Below are positions 1 through 12,439 of a DNA stretch of 64,000 nt, piece after piece; positions within the stretch are counted from its first letter, which is position 1; the number at the start of each line of letters is the position of its first letter. Position numbers and translations under genes: made by a program. The notes below the pieces were generated by a model. The model saw only the letters and a program-made list of their open reading frames with translations. It did not search any database and had not been told where the DNA came from. This stretch comes from Octopus sinensis (taxonomy: Eukaryota): positions 206,460,001-206,524,000 of the forward strand of contig NC_042997.1 in the NCBI RefSeq assembly GCF_006345805.1, written 5' to 3'.

Positions 1-1454
1 TTGGACCTAAGAGAATCAGATGTTGTGTGCAGAGAGACGATTGCGCTGGTATGGTCATGTGGTGAGAATGGATGAAGATAGGTGTGTGAAAAGTGCCACA
101 CCCTGGCAGTTGAGGGGACCTGTGGAAGAGGTAGACCCAGGAAAACCTTGGTCGAGGTGTAAAGCACGACCTTCGAACTCTAGGTCTCACCAAGGAAATG
201 ACCAGAGCCCGTAGACCTATGGAAGTATGCTGTGCATGAGAAGACCCGGCAAAACCAGTGAGAACAATCAAAATCAAATCATATATCAGAAAGCATGGGT
301 TAAGTGACCCATCCGTTCTTGTCCGCTGTCAGCCTCGTCTGGCACCGTGTCGGTGATAATTAAAAGCACCATTCGCTCGTGCCGTTGCAACTCTGCCTGG
401 CCCCGTGTCGGTTGGCACGTAAAAGCACTATCCGTTCGTGTTCATTGCCAGCCTCGCCTGGCCCCGTGCCGGTGACACGTAAAAGCACCGTCCATTCGTG
501 GCCGTTTGCCAGCTTTGTCTGGCCCCGTGTCGGTGGCACGTAAATGCACCATCCGTTCGTGGCCGTTTGCCAGCTCTGTCTGGCCCCGTGTTGGTGGCAC
601 GTAAAAGCACCATCCGTTCGTGTCCGTTGCCAGCCTCGGCTGGCCCCTGTGCCGGTGACACGTAAAAGCACAGTCCGTTCGTGGCCGTTTGCCAGCTCTG
701 TCTGGCCCCGTGTCGGTGGCACGTAAAAGCACCATCCGTTCGTGTTCGTTGCCAGCCTCGCCTGGCCCCGTGCCGGTGACACGTAAAAGCACACTCCGTT
801 CGTGGCCGTTCACCAGCTTTCTCTGGCCCCGTGTAGGTGACACGTAAAAGCACCATCCGTTCGTGGCCGTTTGCCAGCTCTGTCTGGCCCCGTGTCGGTG
901 GCACGTAAAAGCACCATCCGTTCGTGTCCGTTGCCAGCCTCGGCTGGCCCCCGTGCCGGTGACACATAAAAGCACCGTCCGCTCGTGGCCGTTTGCCAGC
1001 TCTGTCTGGCAACCGTGTCGGTGGCACGTAAAAGCACCATCCATTCGCGTCCGTTGCCAGCCTCGGCTGGCCCCCGTGCCGGTGACACGTAAAGCACCGT
1101 CCGTTCGTGGCCGTTTGCCAGCTCTGTCTGGCCCCGTGTCCGGTGGCACATAAAAGCACCATCCGTTCGTGTCCATTGCCAGCATCGCCTGGCCCCGTGC
1201 CGGTGACACGTAAAAGCACCATCCGTTCGTGCCGTCCGTTTCACCAGCTCTGTCTGGCACCTGTGCAGGTGGCACGTAAAAAACACCCACTACACTCGCG
1301 GAGTGGTTGGCGTTAGGAAGGGCATCCAGCCGTAGAAACACTGCCAGATCTGACGGCCTGACGAAGCTTTCCAGCTTCACAGACCCCAGTTGACCCGTCC
1401 AACCCATGCTAGCGTGGAAAGAAGACGCTAAACGATGATGATGATGATGATGAT
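1..1454 (+). mobile_element. RTE-clade LINE, 3' part (ORF C-terminus, 3' UTR with minisatellite, (GAT)n tail)
   Basis: Start translates as ERRLRWYGHVVRMDEDRCVK, the RTE C-terminus. The 3' UTR ends GAGTGGTTGGCGTTAGGAAGGGCATCCAGC...GACGCTAAAC(GAT)n and is colinear with the 3' end of the near-intact RTE at 58.3-62.1 kb. Confidence 0.9.
340..1280 (+). repeat. ~60-bp minisatellite, about 15 units of two variants (A/B), inside the RTE 3' UTR
   Basis: AAAAGCAC recurs every ~60 bp (363, 421, 481, 541, 603 ... 1212). Unit A contains GGCCGTTTGCCAGCTCTGTCTGG; unit B contains GTCCGTTGCCAGCCTCG(G/C)CTGG. Confidence 0.95.
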
Positions 1455-1621
1455 GATTATTATTATTATTATAATTATTTTTTTTATTATTATTATTCTT
1501 CCTCTTATTATTATTCTTATTCTTATTATTATCATCATCATCTTCATTCTTCTTATTATTATTTTTATTCTCATTCTTATTCTTATTCTTATTATTCTTC
1601 TCCTTCTTCTTGTTGTTATTA

Positions 1622-1656
<35 letters not shown>

Positions 1657-2009
1657 GTTCTTCTTATTATTATTTTTATTCTTATTCTTATTCTTCTTGT
1701 TATTATTATTATTATCATTTTTATTCTTCTTATTATTATTATCATTCTTCTTATTATTTATATTCTTCTTCTTATTATTAATATTTTTCTTATTATTATT
1801 ATTCTTCTTCTTCTTCTTATTATTTTTATTAGTACTATTATACTGCTTCTTCTTCTTCTTTATCTTCTTCTTCATCTTATTATTATAATTCTTCTTCTTA
1901 TTATTATTATTCTTATTATTATTATTGTTCTTATTCTTTTTCTTATTCTTTTTATTTTTATTCTTATTATAATTATTATTCTTCCTCTTATTATTATTAT
2001 TATTATTAA

Positions 2010-2040
<31 letters not shown>

Positions 2041-2590
2041 TTATTATTATCATCATCATGATCATCATTCTTCTTCTTATTATTATTATTTTTATTCTTC
2101 TACTAATTCTTCTTCTTCTTCTTCGTCTTCTTTATTTTCTTTTTCCTCTTCTTAATATTATTAATTTTATTTTTACTATTATTATTATTCTTTTTTTCGT
2201 ATTATTTTTTCTTCTTCTTCTTCTTCTTCTTATTATTATTATTATTATTATAGTATTATTGATATTCTTTTTATTATTATTATTCTTATTCTTCTTTTCT
2301 CTTCTTCTTCTTCTTCTTATTATTATTATTATTATTTGTATTCTTCTTCTTCTTATTATTATTATTATTCGTCTTATTATTATTATTATTACTATTGTTA
2401 TTATTCTTATCCTTCTCCTTATTATTATTATTATTATTATTGCTATTATTCTTATTGTTATTCTTCTTCTTCTTCTTCTTCTTCTTATTATTATTATTAT
2501 TATTATTATTGTTATTATTATTTTTATTTATATTCTTCTTCTTCTTCTTCTTGTTCTTATTATTATTATTATTCTTATTATTATTCTTAA

Positions 2591-2628
<38 letters not shown>

Positions 2629-2689
2629 TTATTACTATTCTTAATATTATTATTATTATTATTATTATTCTTTTTATTATTATTATTAC

Positions 2690-2728
<39 letters not shown>

Positions 2729-2961
2729 TATTATTATTATTATTATCATTATTTTTATAATTATTATTCTTATTCTTATTCTTATTCTTCTTCTTCTTCT
2801 TATTATTATTATTATTATTTTTATTATTCTTATTCTTGTTCTTATTCTTATTATTTTTATTTTTATTATTATTGTTATTATCATTCTTTTTCTTCTTCTA
2901 ATTATTATTATTCTTATTCTTCTTCTAATTATTATTATTATTTTTCTTCTTCTTCTTCTTC

Positions 2962-3016
<55 letters not shown>

Positions 3017-3212
3017 TTTATTCTTCTTATTGTTATTATCATTCTTCTTCTTATTATTTTTTATATTCTTCTTATTATTATTATTCTTATTCTTATTCTT
3101 CTTCTTATTATTATTATTATTATCATCATCATCAGTATCATCATTCTTCTTATTATTACTCTTATCAATATTCTTCTTCTTCTTCTTCTTCTTCTTATTA
3201 TTATTATTAATA

Positions 3213-3249
<37 letters not shown>

Positions 3250-3439
3250 CATTATTATTATTGTTATTATTATTATTATATTACTTCTTCTTTTTTCTTC
3301 CTCTTCCTCTTATTATTATCATTCTTCTTCTTCTTATTATCTTATTCTTATTCTTATTATTGTTCTTATTCTTTTTCTTATTCTTTTTATTTTTATTCTT
3401 ATTATAATTATTATTCTGCCTCTTATTATTATTATTATA

Positions 3440-3472
<33 letters not shown>

Positions 3473-3627
3473 TCTTTTATTATTATTATCTTCATGATCA
3501 TCGTTCTTCTTCTTCTTATTATTATTTTTATTCTTCATCTTCTAATTCTTATTCTTCTTCTTCTTCTTAATATTATTATTTTTATTATTACTATTATTAT
3601 TCATTTTTTCTTCTTCTTATTTTTCTT

Positions 3628-3658
<31 letters not shown>

Positions 3659-4324
3659 TTATTATTATTATTCTTTTTATTATTATTAATATTCTTTTTA
3701 TTATTTTTATTATTATTCGTCTTATTATTATTATTATTACTATTATTATTATTCTTTTTCTTCTTCTTCTTCTTCTTCTTATTATTATTATTATTATCAT
3801 TCTTCTTATTATTATTCTTAATATTATTATTATTTTTATTATTATTCTTTTTATTATTATTCTTATTATTCTTATTATTATTCTTATTATTCTTATTCTT
3901 ATTCTTATTATTATTATTATTCTTATTCTTAATATTTTTATTATTTTTATTATTATTATTATTATTATCATCATTCTTATAATTATTAGTAATATGATTA
4001 TTCTTATTATTCTTATTATTCTCCTTATTATTATTATTAATATTCTTATTGTTATCATCATCATCATCATTCTTCTTATTATTATTATTAATATTTTTAT
4101 TATTATTATTATTAATATTATTATTATTCGTATTCTTCTCATTATTATTTTTATTCTTCTTATTGTTATTCTTCTTCTCCTTATTATTATTATAATTTTT
4201 CTTCTTCTTCTTCTTATTATTATTATTATTGTTCTTATTATTATTATGATTCTTCTTCTTATTTTTATTATTATTATTTTTATTACTATTATTATGATTA
4301 TTATTATTATTATTATTATTATTT

Positions 4325-4357
<33 letters not shown>

Positions 4358-5328
4358 TGATTATTATTATTTTTATTCTTCTTATTATTATCATTATTAT
4401 TATTATTACTATTATTATTATTATTATCATCATTCTTTTTCTTCTTCTTCTTTTTATTATTATTATTATTATCATTTTTATTATTCTTATTATTATTTTA
4501 CTATTCTTATTAAGATTATTATTATTATTATTGAGTGAGAGAGCAGTTCATGCCATCAAAGTGACACTGGGGTAAAATATACGAAGCCCAATATACCCAT
4601 CATGACTACCCATCTGATAAAGATACACCAGGCACATGCATCACAACCATATGTGCGCGACATGGTGATCTGATATCAAGATAAACAGCACATGACCTTG
4701 CAGGTGGGGCCTAGTTAGAATTTTCTTCAGGTTGAGTAGCCCATCCCTCTCAAACGGTCCCTGAATAAGGGTTGTTTAACGATGTTTAAAGAACCACCTA
4801 TGTTTCCAGAGGTGAACTATTCAAACCCCAAAGAATCCCTCTCAACACATGGCTATGATGCTCCCCCATTACTTCTGCTCGTGATCAGAGATGCACATAT
4901 CGTCAGCCACTAAGGGACATGCTCAACTGGTTAAGGTCAAACAACTGACAAGCATATCTGTGGTATTGAGCAGAATATTTGCTGTAGCCCATCTTTTATA
5001 CCAAGACAAATCAATGTACATGATAACACTTCCAATCAGTTAAGATCAGAAGCCATGAGAGCCACTGCATCAGGGCATTTATTATTATTATTATTATTAT
5101 TCTTATAGTTATTATATTTATTCTTCTTATTATTATCATTATTATTATCATTCTTCTTCTTCTCATTATTATTATTCTTATTATTAATATTATTATTATT
5201 ATTATTATTCTTATTATTATCATTATTAATTTTGTTATTATTCTTCTTCTTCTTTTCTTCTTCTTCTTCTTCTTCTTCTTATTATTATTATTATTATTAT
5301 CATTATCATCAGTATCATCTTCATCATT

Positions 5329-5359
<31 letters not shown>

Positions 5360-5661
5360 TTATTATTATTATTATTATTATTTTTCTTATTAATATTCTT
5401 CTTCTTCTTATTATTATTATTATAATTATTATTTTGTAATTATTATTATTCTTTTCCTTATTTTTGCTTATTCTTATTATTATTATCATTCTTCTTCTTC
5501 TTCTTCATCTTATTATTATTATTATTATTATTATTATTTTTCTTATTAATATTCTTCTTCTTATTATTATTATTATAATTATTATTTTGTAATTATTATT
5601 ATTCTTTTCCTTATTTTTCTTATTCTTATTATTATCATCATTCTTATTCTTCTTCTTCATC

Positions 5662-5719
<58 letters not shown>

Positions 5720-5889
5720 TATTATTATTATTATTATTATTCTTATTATTCTTGTTCTTCATATTATTATTATTCTTATTATAATTATTATTATTATTGT
5801 TATTATCATTCTAATTATTATTTTTATTCTTATTCTTTTTCTTCTTCTAATTATTATTATTATTTTTCTTCTTCTTCTTCTTCTTGTTA

Positions 5890-5923
<34 letters not shown>

Positions 5924-6119
5924 TTTATTCTTCTTATTGTTATTATCATTCTTCTTCTTATTATTTTTTATATTCTTCTCATTATTATTATTCTTATTCT
6001 TCTGCTTCTTCTTCTCCTTATTATTATTATTATCATCATCATCAGTATCATCATTCTTCTTATTATTACTCTTATCAATATTCTTCTTCTTCTTCTTCTT
6101 ATTATTATTATTATTAATA

Positions 6120-6160
<41 letters not shown>

Positions 6161-6322
6161 GTTATTATTATTATTATATTACTTCTTCTTCTTTTTTTCT
6201 TTCTCTTCATCTTATTATTATCATTCTTCTTATTATTATTATTATTCTTATTCTTATTATTGTTCTTATTCTTTTTCTTATTCTTTTTATTTTTATTCTT
6301 ATTATAATTATTATTCTGCCTC

Positions 6323-6369
<47 letters not shown>

Positions 6370-6713
6370 ATTATTATTATTATTATTATTATTAGTTCTT
6401 TTATTATTATCATCTTCATGATCATCATTCTTCTTCTCCTTATTATTATTTTTATTCTTCATCTTCTAATTCTTCTTCATCTTCTTCTTCTTAATATTAT
6501 TATTTTTATTATTACTATTATTATTATTCATTTTTTCTTCTTATTATTTTTCTTCTTCTTCCTCTTCTTCTTCTCCTTATTTTTATTATTCTTCTTATTA
6601 TTATTAATGTTTTTTTATTATTATTATAATATTTTTTTAATATTTTTATTATTATTATTAATAATATTATTATTATTCTTATTCTTCTCATTATTATTTT
6701 TATTCTTCTTATT

Positions 6714-6786
<73 letters not shown>

Positions 6787-6832
6787 TTATTTTTTATTAT
6801 TTTATTATTATTATTATTATTATTATTGTTAA

Positions 6833-6865
<33 letters not shown>

Positions 6866-7155
6866 TTTTATTCTTATTATTCTTCTTTTTATTATTATTT
6901 TTATTCTTCTTCTTCTTATTATTATTATTCTTATTATTATTCTCATTATTATTATTATCATTCTTCTTTTTCTTCTTCTTCTTCTTATTATTAATATTCT
7001 CATTATTATTCTTATTTTCCTTCTTTTTATTATCATTATTATTCTTTTTATTATTATTATCATTCTTCTTCTTCTTCTTCTTCTTCTTCTTATTATTATT
7101 ACTATTATTATGCTTATTATAATTATAATTATTTTTATTATTATTATTCTTCCTC

Positions 7156-7206
<51 letters not shown>

Positions 7207-7329
7207 TCATTATTATTGATATCATTCTTCTTATTCTTATTCTTCTTCTTATTATTATTATCATTATTATTATTATTATTACTATTATTATTATTATTAT
7301 TATTATTTTTATTATTCTTCCTCTTATAT

Positions 7330-7360
<31 letters not shown>

Positions 7361-7588
7361 AAGTATTATTATTATTATTATATATTATTATTATTATAAT
7401 TATTATTATTTTTTATATCTTCCTCTTATTATTATTATTATATTATTATTATTACTATAATTCTTCTTCTTCTTCTTCTTATTATTATTATTATTTTTAT
7501 TATCATTAATCTTATTCTTATTATTCTTATTATCATCATCATCATCTTCTTCTTCTTCTTCTTCTTCTTCTTATTATTATTATTATTA

Positions 7589-7639
<51 letters not shown>

Positions 7640-7816
7640 TCCTTCTTATTAATATTATTATTATTATTCTTTTTCTTCTTATTATTTTTATTCTTATTAT
7701 TATCATCATCATCATCATTCTTCTTCTTATTATTATTTTTCTTATTTTTTTTTTCATTATTGTTATTATTATTATTCTTTTTATTATTATTTTTATTATT
7801 ATTATTTCTATTATTA

Positions 7817-7877
<61 letters not shown>

Positions 7878-7953
7878 CATCATTCTTTTTCTTCTTCTTC
7901 TTCGTTTTATTATTTTTATTATTCTTATTATTATTATTAATATTCTTCTTCTT

Positions 7954-7984
<31 letters not shown>

Positions 7985-8038
7985 TTATTATTATTATTAC
8001 TATTAATATTCTTCTTATTCTTATTCTTATTATTCTTG
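1435..8038. repeat. Giant compound trinucleotide microsatellite (ATT/CTT/ATC/TTT)n
   Basis: Directly visible; almost G-free on the + strand; interrupted at 4533-5079. Confidence 0.98.
4533..5079 (-). mobile_element. ~550-bp non-coding (AAT)n-tailed retroelement, copy 1
   Basis: Homologous to 18526-19061, 29493-30047 and 43865-44421; flanked by (ATT)n on both sides. Confidence 0.85.
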
Positions 8039-8205
8039 TCTTCCATGCCAGTGGCATGTAAAAGTCACCCACTGCACTCTCGGAGTGGTTGGCATTAGGA
8101 AGGACATTCAGCTGTAGAAGCATGCTGGCTCTCCAAACCTGCCAAACCGTCAAACCCATTCCAGTGTGGAAAACAGACGTTAAAACGATGATGATCATCA
8201 TCATT
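8039..8205 (+). mobile_element. 5'-truncated RTE 3' tail / RTE-tailed SINE
   Basis: GAGTGGTTGGCATTAGGAAGGAC...GGAAAACAGACGTTAAAAC(GAT)n matches the RTE 3' end. Confidence 0.8.
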
Positions 8206-8608
8206 ATGAATCATTCTATTGTTCAGTCCCAAGCTGAATTCCAACTGTGGCCATTTCTCCAAAGTTCTTATCTCAATGTAAAATTAACAAAGTGAATGTC
8301 ATTCATTCCCCTCTGGATTTCTTACGTCAACTGACAAATGCCATCCAGGATGGTTTGAATCATCCAAGCTTTACCTGCTAGAAATAACAACCTAAATGCT
8401 TTTAAATCAGATCCCAATGCTGGATGTTCGAGAACCAAATAAATGACAGATTTTCAATCCTGAGATCATTCTAATTCCAAAAAGGTATATTTTTGAGCAA
8501 TTGTACACTGAAATACAGACAGACAGAATTTCACTTTTATTATAATAGATAAAAAAAAATCAACAAAAAATAAATGAGAATGTCTTTATAGTAAAAATAT
8601 GCACGTAC

Positions 8609-8974
8609 CATCCTTTAGGTTTTGTTGTCTCTTCATTTTATATTTTCTCCCTCTGAGTTGAAAACTCATTTTGTTAATATCAAGTTTTATGTTTTCCCAA
8701 TCAAGGAGTTTTTTTTCTGTGAGTATGCTTTCTCAAGCTTGGCATTTACTTTGTCTTCAAACATTTGTAGGCTTGCTGGAAAATTTTCATCAAAGTAAGA
8801 CCATTGTACCATTTTTTATAAGAGTTTCGTCATCAGTTTCTTTGAATTCCATTAATAATGATTGGACAGAGATTTTAGCATCTTTTACATGAGGCTGCCT
8901 GCCATAATTGTAATTTTGTCACTGATAAAAATCTGGACTTTATGTGTTCTCCTAATATCCCTTAATCTCAGCAT
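8609..8974 (-). pseudogene. PARP14: PARP14-like copy A, WWE-domain exon (phase 0 to 1), three frameshifts
   Basis: Acceptor TTTTATTTTCAG and donor GTACGT. Joining frames across 3 homopolymer indels gives MLRLRDIRRTHKVQIFISDKITIM/GRQPHVKDAKISVQSLLMEFKETDDETLIK/MVQWSYFDENFPASLQMFEDKVNAKLEKAYSQKK/LLDWENIKLDINKMSFQLRGRKYKMKRQQNLKD. VQWSYFD...N..LE.AY is WWE-like. The symbol is family-level only. Confidence 0.8.
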
Positions 8975-9344
8975 CTGAAAATAAAAATCAACAAAATATT
9001 TCAAGGAAGAGAGAGAGAGAGAGAACATCACTACTGCCACTAATACCTGTCACCAAGAATCACTATAAATGTTTCTAACAATCCTAAATTGACCACCATG
9101 TAGAAATACATTTTCCACAGTGGGTTGCTCTTCATTTGTTAATTTTGTTTTCGAAGACTTAATGTGAAAAATAATTTAACGTACACACTCAACTCTGAGT
9201 AAGTCTATGTGCAAATAAATATATATACATATATACTAACTTGTATTCACATTTACTAATGCTACGGTGCCCCCCCCCACATCATACACATTTATGCACA
9301 TGAATCTAACTGAACAACTAGGAAGGAATTCAATATGAATGGCG

Positions 9345-9460
9345 GACTCCTGCCTGTGGGAGGGTTTTTGACATCTAAGGTTACTTGTTCTAGCCTGATG
9401 TAAGGAATTCTTCTTTTCCAATAGTTTAATCTGTTGTGTGCATAGGAAATAACAATAATG
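9345..9460 (+). mobile_element. R4/Dong-type LINE 3' end fragment
   Basis: GGTTTTTGACATCTAAGG...TAATCTGTTGTGTGCATAGGAAATAACAATAAT matches the R4 3' end at 12310-12410. Confidence 0.7.
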
Positions 9461-9479
9461 ATACCCAACAAAACAAGGG

Positions 9480-10150
9480 CAATCTCAGTTATTGAATCCC
9501 TCCTTATTAACAAATTGAAACCATCCATTAACAACTGGAAGGAACTACACAAAGCACTTTGAGATTTCGCATTTGACTGGATAATACGATGTGGATGATC
9601 AGATCGGTGGTGGAGGTAAATGTGGGATGATGTGGACTCGCAAAATAACTCTGTCACTATTCTCCCTAAAGACAACTTAACTTTGGTGTCCAAAAATTCA
9701 ACGCTAGTTTTTGAAAAACTAGACGTAAGTTTTCTGTTGGACCTAAAGTCATAGCTTTTAGCATAAGTCACACAAATGCAAGAAGTCACTTAAACTATCC
9801 CGTGATCCTTCTCAGACAAAAAAGCTGTCATCAATTAACTGTAACCAGAGTATTGGTTCATGACTATATAGGGATTTGAATGTGTTCATTAACCATGTCT
9901 CGAATTTTGTCATGGAGACATTAGTGAAATTAATTGCCATGGGTGCCCCCATGGTGCAGCCCCTTGTCTGGTGGTAAAATTTCGTCCAAATTTCATTGTG
10001 TTACTTCGTAACGCAAACACCAATAACCTACAAAAAAACTATGATGGAATGCTTTTGTTTGACCGCTTTTCAAAGGCATTCATGCATGCTTCTACCCCTT
10101 CATCATGGTCAATATTCAGATATAAGGAAGAAACGTCCATGGTTATCAAA
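9480..10150 (-). mobile_element. Penelope-like element RT remnant
   Basis: QGCTMGAPMAINFTNVSMTKFE (GTAMG-type motif) and VEFLDTKV...TSSHIYLHHRSDHP, typical of the PLE RT C-terminus; degraded. Confidence 0.75.
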
Positions 10151-11379
10151 AACCACTTTTTTGACATGGATTTGGGGCTTTAAAAAGATTTGTACTGAAA
10201 GAGGTGATAACTGGAAACATACAAATGCTTTTGTTCATCATTATGTCAAATGCAGTTACAGTGAATCATGATTAAAGGAAATAGCAAATGACATAGCTAA
10301 GACTAGCACTATGACCCAGCGTTTTTTAAATAATTTCTTTAAATATACACCATACTTAATATTTCTTACCACTTATAACTGTCAAATCAGATATTAATTT
10401 AAATATAGCTATGCTGTCCCATTTGATGCTTATATATATATATATATTACTTCTTATGATAAATGCCTTATATTTATATCGAGTGTATATCACTTAATTA
10501 CTTATTATTATATAGAGAAAATGTTTCTTAAACATCTTACACTTGTATTTTAAAGTAACCATTAGCTGCATCAGTTTTAGTTCATACACAACTATGACTC
10601 AATAACACTATCTTAGCATATATAATAAGTATATCCGAATATGTTATGTGCTATTCACTCCATCAAGTCTTCTGTGACAATAATAATTTATTTTTTTGAT
10701 GTATTCTTTTTTTGCACAGAGGAGAACAGTAATATGTAATTAATTTAATTATAATTAAATTGATTTCTAATTTTTCTACCATGTTATTTTCATGTTAATA
10801 TTGCTGTTCGAAACGATTGTATGCATGGATTAAATCCTTTTCAAACTTTTAACATCTTCTTTTCTCCATCTTTAACAGTTTGTTCAGTTTCTGTAGGATA
10901 TTTTGTTCTATAAATTCTCATAACACACCTTATACTTTTAATATATGATATATACATTATAAAAATAGGTTAGTGTTATTTAATTTCTGAATGGTTTTAC
11001 TGCTGTTTGTTAATGTAGTTTGATTTGTTTATCCATCAGTTTCTATTAAGATAAAGGTGCAAGTAAAATTAATGATAGAGAAATGAAAATAAAACTTTGG
11101 AAACAACCTAAAGGGTGATAATTGAGAAAGACTTGAAAGTCAACATAAGATCATAATCATGTAAAGTAAAGATAACAAATAATCCTGACTTCGTGTCCGG
11201 TATCGGATCGATCCCAAAATTTAATCCATTCATGCTAGCAGTTCTTGAGATATCTTGTCCATAGACAAACAAACAAACAAGACTGAAAACAATACCTCCG
11301 CCATCACTAAGGTGGAGGAAATATTAATGATAATAAAAGGACTGATAATAATAAGGGAACTAATATTGGTAAACGACTG

Positions 11380-11972
11380 CATGGAGCTAGAGTCAATATA
11401 GACTCCTATGTAGGTAATAGTGAAGCCAGTTTATTAAGAGATGTTAAAGTCACAGCAATACATAGGGAAACCCCAAAAAGAAATTAAGTTAAAAACCAGA
11501 AAAAGAACAAAAGTTATCTGAATGGCAGGAGAAGGCTTTGCATGGTAGATTCTCAAAGATAGTTGCAGCAAATAATAGTCACAAAACATGGTTATGGTTG
11601 AAGAAAGGAAAGCTGAAAGGGAAACAGAAAGCTAGGTAGTAGCAGCACAAGATTAAGTGCTAATGACTAATTGGATAAAAACTAAGATAGACAAAAACCA
11701 AGTAGATTCCCAGTGTGAGTTATGCAAATGAAAAAGGGAAAGTGTTATAGAAAGTGAATGTAGCATGCTGGCACAGAAAGAACACAAGAAAAGATAACCT
11801 AGAGAGAGCAATCCACTGGAAGGTCTGTAGAAAGCTAGGATTTGACCATACTGATAAATTATATTAGCATGAACCTAGTAAATTATTAGAAAGTAAGAAA
11901 TATAAGATGTTGTGGGACTTTAACATTCAGACTGACAGAATAATAGAAGCTAGACGGCCTGATTTGGTGGTG

Positions 11973-12048
<76 letters not shown>

Positions 12049-12430
12049 ATAAAGACAATAGAAAATGCCAGATAATTGACTTTACAGTCCTAAATGATGA
12101 AAAAAATCAATATGAGAGGTATAGAAAAAATTGTAAAGACCTAGCCATTGAATTACAGAGATTATGGAAAGGGTAGGTTAAATGTATCCCTATAGTTATA
12201 GGGGCATTAGGAACTGTCCCTAAATATTTGAGTAGGTAGAGGAAATAGGCATAAAACCTAGTTTAGTACAGCTCCAGCAAACGGTGTTATTAGGGACTGC
12301 CAGGATACTTAAGAGGGTTCTTGGCATCTAAGGTTAGCACGATGTTAGGATTATTTTCATTTCCAATGGTGTAATCTGTTGTGTGCATATGAAAATAATA
12401 ATAATAACAATGATGATAATAATAATAATA
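11380..12430 (+). mobile_element. R4/Dong-type LINE (family B), 3' part with RLE domain
   Basis: WDFNIQTDRIIEARRPDL...CQIIDF...KDLAIELQRLW (PD-(D/E)xK restriction-like endonuclease); (AAT)n tail. Confidence 0.85.
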
Positions 12431-12439
12431 ATAATAATA

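Noticed and set aside
340-1280. CRISPR-like repeat array
   Set aside because: Units are contiguous tandem repeats without unique spacers, there are no cas genes, and the array lies in a eukaryotic LINE 3' UTR.
360-1316. Long overlapping ORFs across the minisatellite
   Set aside because: They are open because a stop-free unit is repeated; no domain content.
4533-5079. HDV-like ribozyme at the 5' end of the 550-bp element
   Set aside because: A P1 partner (TCAGGG) exists ~330 nt away, but I could not place P2, P3, L3 or P1.1; unsupported without modelling.
1428-8204. Poly-Ile/Leu/Asn/Lys ORFs up to 477 aa
   Set aside because: Translations of trinucleotide microsatellite.
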